Origin: Takakia lepidozioides | Lineage: Eukaryota > Plantae > Bryophyta | DNA: 64,000 nt | Assembly: GCA_030704615.1 (NCBI GenBank) | Contig: CM060733.1 | Location: 69,068,001-69,132,000, forward strand | Direction: 5' to 3' | Shown here: positions 1 to 10,667 of the stretch, piece by piece | How the letters are laid out: the number at the start of each line of letters is the position of its first letter | How positions within the stretch are numbered: position 1 is the stretch's first letter | Notes under the pieces: generated by a model | What the model was told of the DNA's origin: nothing | The model's database searches: none | What the model saw: only the letters and a program-made list of their open reading frames with translations | Program-made: the position numbers and the translations under genes

Positions 1-145
1 CAAGTTCGCAAGGTCAAGTTCTCACCTTGGTCACAAAGTTTATAGTAAAAGGTCCGTAGAGGCCATGCAAGGGCAATTGGCTCTTTTTTGAACCTTTGGA
101 AGCTGTCTTTGGCATCCTGTGCACATTGGTTTCGTTCGATTGGTG

Positions 146-700
146 TTATGTTGCCCCATCAAAAAAGTCTTTTACAGCCTCCTTCTCTTCATCCGGTACG
201 TCCATAAAACCCAAAATTGGGTGATTGCTCACTGTGGGTACAAATTCCTTTTCAACAGTGGTCGAGGACTTCTGGGTGGACACAAGTAAGGCATCTTCAT
301 TGTTATCCAGCCGAAGGGCATCCTCAATTGAGGAGCCTCTCTTTTCCCAAGCAGCAATCTCAGTAGCATCATCCTCCAATACTTCCAGTAACCTAGAGTG
401 GTATTTCTGGAGTTTTTCCAGCCACATCCCATTCTTGTTTACCATAATGCCAAGAGCAACCCAGTCCTCCAAAGCTAGTGTTTCAAGTAATAAGACAGGT
501 CGGTTATCACCGGCATCTTCAATAGCTTCAGATTCCAGCTTTTGTACAACAGCATGAAATTCACCTGATTTGACTTGTGCAAATGTGGCTTGCACTGCTG
601 GAATAGGAGGGGGCAAGGGCAGCTGATATCCAAGGGCCTTAAGCTCATCTTTCCACTCAGATATGGCCTTGCTGCCAGGCCATCCAAGCAACTTGTTAGT
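146..700 (-). pseudogene. Coding-like exon of an unknown, probably TE-borne gene continuing from the left inverted-repeat arm
   Basis: 181-aa ORF with protein-like composition, preceded by an acceptor-like ctaacaag. The frame continues past a stop towards the window edge. No recognisable motif. Confidence 0.3.
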
Positions 701-774
701 ACGTCACAATGGTGAGGCAATAACAAGAAATGAAGACGAGATAGTGTGTACAAAAACCACTAAGTACATTGGAA

Positions 775-3152
775 CAGGAAGAGTGGGAAGATATTCATGT
801 CATGTCAAGACATGGACAAGACCAACTAGGGTCATTGTCAATTAAAGACATAAACAGCCCCATGACAGGGCACCATCTAACATTTCCAGTCTTGTCATAA
901 CACACCAAGTGACGCCACCCATTCAGTCATGATAAAACAGGGTGGGAGGGCGGGGTATGTTCATAATCAGATTCTTGTCATGTACCCAAGTGACCCTCTT
1001 GCACAATATAAGTCAGATTGCAGCCTCAGATTATCCATAAGATATGCACCATGCAAGATATCATGGGCATATAAGAACATCTTGCCACATTACAAATCCA
1101 AGATATGTATACACAAGTACCTTGAGGTGATCCAAGACAAGCATTATGCAAAGTAGGTAAGAACAGCCTGCCCTACAACACATTCAGGGAGTGTTCACAT
1201 CGGCAGCAGGAAGGACCAGCCTGCAATTAATTATACTTCGGGCCTGCCACCAAGTACACTTCTTGGGCATGACAAGACATATTGCAGCTTCACATTTGGC
1301 CAAATGTAAGCACCCCAAAGCATGCATCGTGCAAGGCCTTCTGGATATGTAAGAACAACCTGTCATTGTACATATTCAGGACTTGTGCACATAGGACTCT
1401 TGTTGGCCGAGCCTGCAGTAAATCAGACTCCAAACATGCAACCAAGTGAACACTTTGGGCATGACAAGACTGACTGCGACTTCATTCTACATCATGTACA
1501 GTTGCCCCAAGATATGCATCATGTAAGGCATTTTGGCATGGAAGAAAGGCCTGCCCTGTCACAGCATCCAGATATGGACACACATACAATTTGAGTGCCC
1601 AAGACCAAGTCCTCTTGGCCAAGATAAATCATACAATGCAGGTGGCTGTTCATATGGCAAAATAAAGTAACTAATCACTGGCCAGAGTCCTTTAGAGCTT
1701 ACCGTCACTGTTTCACAGAAGGCTAATGCCATGTTTTGCAAATAGAACCTCACTATGCTTCCACAACAAATCCAGGTCTAAAAACGGCCTGTCATTGCCT
1801 TATCAAGCTGTCTTCTTTAACAAAAACCAGACCTCCTCATCCTTAGAGCCAAACAGCCACTGATGACTTTACCCTTACACCATCAATCCTCTTTTAAGGT
1901 CAAAAAAAAGGAACCTAGTCTAAAAATCCACAGGCAAAGCTGTCAAAGATTCAAAACATGGTAGGATTCACATGTTGTATTGCATGAGACAAAGCTGCCA
2001 GGACGAAATGCTCCATCAGCAGCAGCAAAAGATAGGTCAAAAGCAAGCATCATCATGTCAAACCGGGAGCCAGCGGGTCAAAATTGGGGCTGCAGGCAGC
2101 AGCAGTATGTTCCTTTTGCACACATCCTTATCTGCAAGCTCAAGAGAAATTCAAAGTAGGTAGGGATCCTCACCTGGTCCCATCACAAGCCCCCACAAAA
2201 ACCAATGGGTTAGTGAGGATTGTGGAACCCCAGGTGAATCACAGACCCCTACACTTGTCATCGATGTCAACTAAAAACCCCAAAAACAAGAGAGAAAGAC
2301 ATGAAGTAAAAGGAACCATAATCACCAAAAGCACCTTGAGCGATTGGGGAAGGTAACTTTGCGCCATCGCCACCAGCAAGCCACCTCCAGCACAGCTAAG
2401 GAGAAGCGAAGCATACAAATGCTAGGTTTAAGAAGGGAGAGAGAGAGATATACTTCCCCACCCAAGCGCCGTTGCGAAACATAAAAGCCAGAGGAGGGAA
2501 AGAGATGATGTCATCACAGCGGGGTCTCCCGCCTGTGAGAAGAGACAAGACGCCGCCATTGCGCATCCCCAGGAGCTCATTCGGCATGGGCACGAAGCAG
2601 CAGAGCTCAGACGCCATAACTCTCAGCCCGCGAGCACAACAGCACGAGGAGTGCAGCTGACGGCGGGAGAAGGCAAAGCCCGATTTTTCATCCGCGGAGG
2701 ATGAATAATCAACACCCTTTAACTCAAAAACCCGACGGATGTCATCCGTTAGCTAGGTTTAAACAGTAGATTATAGGGTAGGGATTAGGGTTTCACTCCT
2801 TAATTAGCAATAATTAAGGGTAATTAAACAATTCTCCAGGGCCATCATAAGCTGCTTTTTTCATCCGGTTCAGATGAAAAATTAATAGGTTCATTTATTT
2901 GGAGGAGGTCCATCAGCAGGATGAAAAAGCAGTACACATCATCCAGGGCATCGGTTTCTCATCCTAATAGGTAATTCATCATCCCTTAAGAGAAAGCCTC
3001 ATCCAGTATGAAAAAAAAGGCATAAAGGAGGAATAAAACGAATTCAAATCCTGGTATTTTTCATCCGGCCTGGATGGAAAAAATATAGATAGGATGCCAG
3101 TGTCACAACCCCTACGGAGGTAATTCTTCATTATCTGGTGACTCTTCTGGTA
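775..3152 (-). repeat. Left arm of a ~2.3 kb inverted duplication (copy of an unclassified repeat element)
   Basis: Its reverse complement matches 4194-6460. ORFs 1559..1753(-) and 5575..5784(+), and 2396..2617(-) and 4680..4961(+), give near-identical peptides. The inner end is rich in TCATCC/GGATGA motifs. Confidence 0.9.
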
Positions 3153-3921
3153 CAGCTGCAGCATGTGTCCAACACCAGATATCCTAAATTAATCGACTCT
3201 ATATCTTGGAAACAAGACCGCCCACCGACCTGTCAAACAGGCTAAGTCCTGGCAGAAGACAATAGAAGAGATTCTCAAGGACCTGGACCTGGAACCGCAA
3301 GTCTTCACCCTACTGGATAAATCTGACTTAGAGGCTGTAGTGTCCAACCATGTCTGTTGCCATGAGATTGTCTGATGAAAATGAAGTTAGGCAAAAAACT
3401 TCCCTGAACTTGTTTCCAGTCAGTGACATGGGGGAGGACATCTTGGATGACCTCAAGGGTCTACCCACTCTCGGCACTAGACTGAAATTTAAACTCAGGG
3501 CAGGAAGCCTACCTTTGAACAGCAAACAGAAGCAGAGATGAAAGGAAGAGTGCAATTGCCCGTTGTGTGGGCAATCTGAAGACAATACTCATTTTCTGAT
3601 ACACTATCCGGGGTTCTCTCACCAAAGAGACGCTCTCTTCAAATCTATCAAGGGAATTGTGCATGTACCTCTGTTTACTAACTTTGAAAAAGTCGAGGCT
3701 GAGCCAAAAGCCCAGCCCCTTCTGAGGCCTAGCTAGTTTTTGGGCATCTCACACACATCAGATTGATGCTTGTGTGAAGGGATTTGTAGAGGATATCTGG
3801 AAAACCCGGATTAATTCTATATGTGAAGGTAAGTCTTACTACCAACGTCAGCCCCTGACAGAGGTAGGATCTGTCCCTTTTGTTTCCCCAAGAGAGGGGG
3901 CAACAAAGAAAAAGAAAAAAA
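3150..3921 (+). mobile_element. LINE (non-LTR retrotransposon) 3' fragment, degenerate
   Basis: Translates to LGTRLKFKLRAGSLPLN..KEECNCPLCGQSEDNTHFLIH, the typical ORF2 C-terminal CCHC region. A-rich tail at ~3903-3921. Confidence 0.7.
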
Positions 3922-4193
3922 TGTGGGGGGGGGGGGTGACTGAGCAGCAGCAGCTTCTTTGTTGCCCCCTGATGTCTCCCTCTCACTCCCTCTCTCTCCC
4001 TCCTTCTTGGAATTGGCCGGTTACATCAATGTTGTTTTCATGATTTTCCATCTATACCAGATGGACTCTAAAAGGTGTTTTCACCCGACTTGTAAAGGTT
4101 TTCTATCCATACCGGAAGAATCACCTGGGTGGACACTAAAATACCTTTAAAAAGAACATAATTTTTCATTCCTCTTTTATTGACTTTCATCTA

Positions 4194-6460
4194 TATCAGA
4201 TGAGTCACCAGAGAATGAGGAATTACCTCTGTAGGGGTTATGACACTGGCATCCTATCTATAATTTTTCCATCCATTTCGGATGAAAAATACCAGGATTT
4301 GAATTCGTTTTATCCCCCCTTTATGCCTTTTTTTCCGTACTGGATGAGGCTTTCTCTTAAGGGATGACGAATTACCTGTTAGGATGAGAAACCCGCTGCC
4401 CTGGATGATGTATACTACTTTTTCATCCTGCTGATGGACCTCATCCGAATAAATGAACCTATTTATTTTTTCATCTGGACCGGATGAAAAAAGCAGCTTA
4501 TGATGGCCATAGAGAATTTTTTAATTACCCTTAATTATTTCTAATTAAGGAGTGAAACCCTAACTCCTACCCTATAATCTATTGTTTAAACCTAGCTAAG
4601 GGATGACATCCGTCGGGTTTTTGAGAGAAAGGGTATTGATTATTCATCCTCCGGATGAAAAATTGGGCTCTGCCCTAGGGTGTCTCTCCCGCTGTCACTT
4701 GCATTCCTCGTGCTGCTGAGCCCGCGAGTTATGGCGGCTGAGCTCTGCTGCTACCCTGTCTGCTGCCTCATGCCGGACGAGCTCCTGGGGATGCGCAATG
4801 GCGGCATCTTGTCTCTTCTCACAGGTGGGAGAACCCGCTGTGATGACATCATCCCTTTCCCTCCTCTGGCTTTTATGTTTCGCAGCGGGGCTTTGGTGGG
4901 GAAGTATATCGCTCTCTCTCCCTTCTTAAACCTAGCATTTGTATGCTTCGCTTCTCCTTAGCTGTGCTGGAGGTGGCGTGTTGGTGGCGATGGCGCAATG
5001 TTACCTTCCCCAATCGCTCAAGGTGCTTTTGGTGATTAGGGTTCCTTTTACTTCATATCTTTCTCTCTTGTTTTTGGGGTTCTTAGTTGACATCGATAAC
5101 AAGTGTAGGGGTCTGTGATTCACTTGGGGTTCCACAATCCTCAGTAACCCATTGGTTTTTGTGGGGGCTTGTGATGGGACCAGGTGAGGATCCCTACTTG
5201 CTTTGAATTCTGCAGGATGTGAGCAAAAGAAACATACTGCTGCCGCCTACAGCCCCGATTTCGGCCCGCTTGCTCCCTGTTTGACATGATGATGCTTGCT
5301 TTTGACTTATGTTTTGATGCTGCTGATGGAGCATCTCGGCCTGGCAGCCTTGTCTTGTGCAGCACAGCATGTGAATCCTACCCTGTCTTGAATCTTTGAC
5401 AGCTTTACCTGTGGATTTTTAGACTAGGTCTTTTTTTGGCCTTAAAAGAGGATTGATGATGTAAGGATAAAGGCATCAGTGGCTGTTAGGCTCTAAGGAT
5501 GAGGAGGTCTGGTTTTTGTAAAAGAAGACAGCCTGATAAGGCAATGACAGGCCGTTTTCAGACCTGGATTTGTTGTGGGATGTAGCATAGTGAGGTGCTA
5601 TTTGCAAAACATGGCATTAGCCTCATGTGAAACATTGATGGTAAGCTCTAAAGGACTCTGGCCAGTGATTAGTTACTTTATTTTGCCATATGAACAGCCA
5701 CCTGCATTGTATGATTTATCTTGGCCAAGTGGGCTTGGTCTTGGGCACTCAAATTGTATGTGTGTCCTTATCTGGATGCTGTGACAGGGCAGGCCTTTCT
5801 TCCATGCCAAAATGCCTTACATGATGCATATCTTGGGGCAACTGTACATGATGTAGAATGAAGTCGCAGTCAATCTTGTCATGCCCAAAGTGATCACTTG
5901 GTTGCATGTTTGGAGTCTGATTTACTGTAGGCTGGGCCAGCAAGTGTCATGTGTACACAAGTCCTGAATCTGTACAATGACAGGCTGTTCTTACCTACCT
6001 TGCATAATGCTCGTCTTGGATCACCTCAAGGTACTTGTGTATACATATCTTGGATCTGTAATGTGGCAAGAAGTTGCAGGCTGGTCCTTCAAGGTGCTTG
6101 TATGAATATACCTTGAATCTGTAGTAGGGCAGGTTGTTCTTACCGACCCAAGGAGCCTTGCATGGTGCATGTCTTGGGTTACTTACAGGAATTTGAACAT
6201 GCTGCAGCAATCTGATTTATCAGTACACAAGATGCTTGCTTATATGCTTGTCTTGTTGTCATGACCTGTACATAAACAAACCCCACCCTCCCACCCTGTT
6301 TTATCATGAATGATTAAGGTGAAATCAACTGGGAAGTCATGACAAGAATGGAAGTGTTAGATGGTGCCCTGTTTATGGGTTGTTTATGTCTTTAATTGAC
6401 AATGACCCTAGTGGGTCTTGTCCATGTATTGACATGACATGAGTATCTTCCCTCTCTTCT
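4194..6460 (+). repeat. Right arm of the inverted duplication
   Basis: Reverse-complement match to 775-3152. The GGATGA/TCATCC-rich end probably extends further left to ~4040. Confidence 0.9.
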
Positions 6461-6464
6461 GTGC

Positions 6465-6908
6465 TGCTCTCTTTTAAGCTCCCGACGAGATAAATTCAAG
6501 GTTAGATGGTGGGTTCAGCTGCAACATATGTCCAACACCACATATCCTAAGTTAATCGACTCTATATCTTGGAAACAAGACCGCCCTGTCAAACAGGGTA
6601 AGCCCTGGGAGAAGAGAGTAGAAGAGATTCTCAAGGATATGAATTTGGACCCGCAAGTCTGGATAAACCTGACTTAGAGAGTGTAGTGTCCAAAGCCATG
6701 TCTGTTACCAGAAAATTGTCCGATGAAAATGAAGTTAGGAAGAAAACTTCCCTGAACCTGTTTCCAGTCTGTGACATGGGGGAGGACATCATGGATGCGC
6801 TCAAGGGTCTATTCCACTCTTGGCACGAGACCTAAATTTAAACTCAGGGCAGGAAGACTACCTTTGAACAGTAAACAGAAGCAAAGAGGAAAGGGAGAGT
6901 GCAATTTC
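6465..6908 (+). mobile_element. Second copy of the same LINE fragment, truncated before the zinc finger
   Basis: 6516-6908 is a direct repeat of 3153-3560. Reads RRDKFKVRWWVQLQHMSNTTYPKL...LGTRPKFKLRAGRLPLN. Confidence 0.7.
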
Positions 6909-7339
6909 CTGACGTACCTCTACTGCTGCTTGAAGCGAGCTGGCGCGGCGAGCTGCTGCGGTGTTGTCGCGGCTGCCAGCGGCGCGGGTCCCCGCCACTG
7001 CAGGGCGTCTCTCCCCCGCTCACCACAGCTCTCTCTCTCTCTCTTCATCTCGTTTAGGTCGCGCCTCTGTGCGGTGTTCCTACCACACAGGGGAGAGAGA
7101 CATCAGCCCGTGCTTAGGGCAAGAAAACAAGAGAGAAAGTGAGGGAGGAGGCGGTGCTTACCTTGGGCGTTGGAGCGGTGTTGGGGCAAACTCCTTGGGG
7201 CCTTGCGACCACCTCGGGCTCAGCAGGAGGTGCGTTTCTCCTCCACCCTAAACCCCATTCTCTAAACTACCTCTCTCCCAAAGAACAAACGAAAACGGGA
7301 GGGGAAAGAGATGCTTCAAGCACTTAGGGGGAAAAAAAG

Positions 7340-7690
7340 GGCGCGGCGCCTACGTGCGACGCCCGGCCGTCGCACACCTACGCCCCGCCCTTTTTTTGAA
7401 ATGTAAAAATGATATTTGCGACGGCCGGCCGTCGTTTCTTGCGACCCCCAACACCATAAATTAAAAAAACACGTCGCCCCCCGCGACAGAAAGCCGTCGC
7501 GGGGTGCGACCCCTAGGTAAAAAATGAAAAAAACTCGTCGTCAAATGCGACGCGAGGGTGTCGCAGGAGGCGACGGCCGGTCTTTCTGGGTTTAGGGTTT
7601 AGGGCCTTTTGGGTTTCTTAGTTTTTTTTAAATTTTTTTTTTTTTCCATATGGTACTGGGTTAGGGTTTTTGCTTTTATTTATGGTGCTG
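7340..7690. repeat. CACTA subterminal-type repeats; 7545-7686 is an inverted copy of 15168-15310
   Basis: GCGACG..CGTCGC motifs. The block tttagggtttagggcc...ccatatggtactggg matches the reverse complement of ccccagtaccatatg...ggccctaaatctaaacc. Confidence 0.8.
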
Positions 7691-8000
7691 GGTTTTGGAT
7701 TGGCGGTTTTGGTTGTGGGTCTTGGGGTTAAAAGGATAAACGGTGTAATTAGGATTCACATACCCAAAATGTGGCTCAATCTGATAATAGCAAAGCGCTG
7801 GGTCTCAACAAATTTTTCCATGGTGTGGGCATCCTGAAGATAGAACGAGAGGAAGGATTTATTGTCTTGGGCTCTAGCACCATAGGGATGCTCCACCTTT
7901 GGTTACAAATTTTGAAAGCCCCGAGGCTGAGACATGGGGTTTTTTTGCCAACGGTTTTTGAGAAATGAAAGTGTTGGTGGTGTGTGTTAATTAGGATGCG

Positions 8001-8390
8001 ATGGTGAGGAAACATCAACCCGTCTCCCTCGAGGATGGGGAGGTAGTACCACATATCGATTGTGGCCCTAGAGCGACCGTTTTTTGTGGCGAGGAGCCAC
8101 CCATTGCACCTGATCCAATACAGGCTGCCGGGCACAATCGTAGAAGGGACCGGGGCCAAATTTTAGGTGATGCGGAGGATGTTGACACTCCGGGATCGAG
8201 TCGGGCGCGCCGCGGGTTGCCCCCTCGCGGGCCACCCCGTCCAACCACGTCCACCTTTGACCCCCCTGACAGGATTGAGTGTTGGTGCACTAAGTGTTGG
8301 GAACAGATACCGCCGGGCGGCACCAGACCACTGAGGCGGCGACCGCATGTTGTCGAAAAACATTACAAGAAGAACAAGATTGCGGATGCG
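8001..8390 (+). CDS. Exon 1 of the CACTA gene: N-terminal transposase-associated-like Cys/His domain
   Basis: IECWCTKC...RRRPHVVEKHY resembles the CxCxxC..V..H motif of the CACTA transposase-associated domain. Phase-0 GT donor at 8391. Confidence 0.6.
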
Positions 8391-8525
8391 GTGTTTTTTC
8401 CACCCCTCTCATTAACATTCATTTAAGGTACATTTAGGTTTATCTAATAATATAGTATGATTGGTAAGCATACATGAATCAAAATTACGACATAAATATT
8501 GATTCGTTCACTACGCACATTGCAG

Positions 8526-9660
8526 CCACGACTTGATGCCCAAGCTCGCAATCACATTGCACAAGAGGCATTTCGCGTCGGTCTACTTGCAGAATTTGTG
8601 CCAGAGCATGTGCCCGATGTGACCAGTTGGTTCCCCCAGCAGCACGTAGATGAGATGCGTAGGGTCGAGGGGTATCGTAGGTGTCGTAGGCGTTATGGCC
8701 GGCGACGAGCAGGCCCACCCCCCCCTCCAGTTTCCTCAGGCGGTCCCCCTGATTGTGGCCTCCCCCCCCCCCCCGTCTGTTTCTTTGCCTGATCCGGACG
8801 TTGTACCCTCGGCTGCACCTCCGACATTACATCCTCAACCACCTCCACTTTCATCTCCTCCGCCAGCAGTACCACCTCCACCTCCACGTGCATGTGCCCC
8901 CCAAACCCCTAGGAGGGGTCGGCTTCGCCCTAGGTTTCCTCCCCTTCGGCTTGGGCGGCCTGAGCCGGATCCTTGCCCCCGATGGGAAGCGCATAGGACT
9001 ATGTTACCGAGGACCGTCCAACCTCGTTGTTGGGGGAATCATCTCGACCCTCTCACCCCCATCCGAAAAAATGTGGAGTTCGAGTATTGGGGGAGACGGT
9101 ATGTTGTGAGAGCCGCTACAGACCCTGCTATGGGTCGGGGTTTATTCACGGTCAATGATATTGTGGTTCCTCCTCAGAGAAATAGCATGGTGGACTTCTT
9201 TCCCTACTACGGTCCATACTACACCCCCGCGGAGTTTCGTACATTACGCCTCGAAGCCCCATACATCCTACCCTACATTTTGTGTGTCAACGGACAGGAT
9301 GTATGTAGACGGGGGTTGTCTCCCATTGAGATCAGATTTTGTGATGGTGACCCCGAAATCTTCGGCAATGTTGCTGGGCTGGTCAATAGTTCTTTTGGTC
9401 ATCCTAGGATAACCAATGTAGTATGGGACGAGCGAAGCGATGGGCATGAGAGCTTTTGTGGTCATACGTCAGTATACTGTGAGGGGATGCACATGTTTGT
9501 GATGACATGTGCTAGTAGGACTATTAGGGCTGGTAGCGAACTATTTGCATCATACGAGTTCTCCCGGGATGATTGGGACCTCCGATTACAGCGTGAGTGG
9601 GATGTGTCTGTTAGATATATGGTTCCTTTGAGACATGGATCGCGTAGAGGGGCATTGTAG
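8526..9660 (+). CDS. SET-domain (putative lysine methyltransferase) exon with Pro-rich linker; one-base frameshift in a C homopolymer
   Basis: Acceptor ttgcAG at 8525. SET motifs GRGLF, YYGPYY, GNVAGLVNSS (NHS-equivalent) and ASRTIRAGSELFASY (ELxxxY). Removing one C from the C13 run at 8762-8774 joins ORF 8499 to ORF 8650. Confidence 0.8.
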
Positions 9661-10667
9661 ATATTCTCATGATGTACTTTGTATACATCCGATTAATCGA
9701 TTGATGTAAATTTTTTTCTTGTTGCTCGTGTAGGTTGCAACTTTGCATATGTGATCTAAACATACTTATGCACGCGTGGACCAAATATGAGCTTGAACCA
9801 AGTTGATTCAATTGGTCATTCTAATGTTGAACGCAACTACGTGTCATAGAGACGGAAAATTGTGTTTCGCCTGCAGATGATTTTTTTTTTAATTCCATTT
9901 TTAAGCCATATGCTTAATGATAGCATATGCAATGTGCGTACAAAATTTGGGAGTAAGCAAAAGTCATTTGGACCCATAACCAGATTTTGTTCTCTCATTT
10001 GCACTCCAAAGTTAAGTTATCTTCAACTTCATGCATTCTTTATAGATAGTTTTGCAACAATGACCCTAGAAACACACTTTTTTTTTTCCATTTTTTTTTT
10101 GTCCCATTTTTTGCATGGATGTAGTGGTGCAAAGCCCGATATCATAGAACAAAATAGAGCTAAGAATAAAATCATTACGACCCTAAAAATCGCAATCATA
10201 TATTTTCTAAATGCAAATATTTATTTTAAATTCATTTAAATTCGATTTAATTCAAAATTGGTGCAAGGGTGAGTGCGTCGTTGGGGAGGTTTCTTTTTTT
10301 CTTTTTTTTTTTTTTTTTCTCTGCTGGATCTTTGTATAGGTGTTGCACACGTATTTAAACACATGTAGGAAAGAATGAAGCTTGAGCCACATCCGTTTGT
10401 TGGGTGCAATGGCATGAGAGGATTTTCTTTCACATTAATAAACAAAAATTGGTTGATAGGGTGAATGCGTCATTGGGGGGGCAAATGATTTTGTTTGGGT
10501 TTGAAACTTTGCATGCGTGTACGTTGCGCACATACATGTAATTATTGAATGACATATTTGATGCACACACACATTGAAGGTTGTTGTTTGCATTTCGCTT
10601 ATAATGAAGTGTATGGTTGCAATGACACATTATAATATATGTCCCTATGTTCATTTGTTTGTATCAG

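Noticed and set aside
1322-2660. Conserved small proteins duplicated at 4680-5943
   Set aside because: The similarity reflects the DNA-level inverted duplication; there is no domain or consistent reading frame.
7321-7340. CACTT as the left CACTA TIR
   Set aside because: It does not match the reverse complement of the right terminus (CATTACAGCAAATGGGG) beyond a few bases, and no 3-bp TSD is evident.
7591-7605. Interstitial telomere
   Set aside because: Only two TTTAGGG units; better read as telo-box-like motifs within the CACTA inner repeat.
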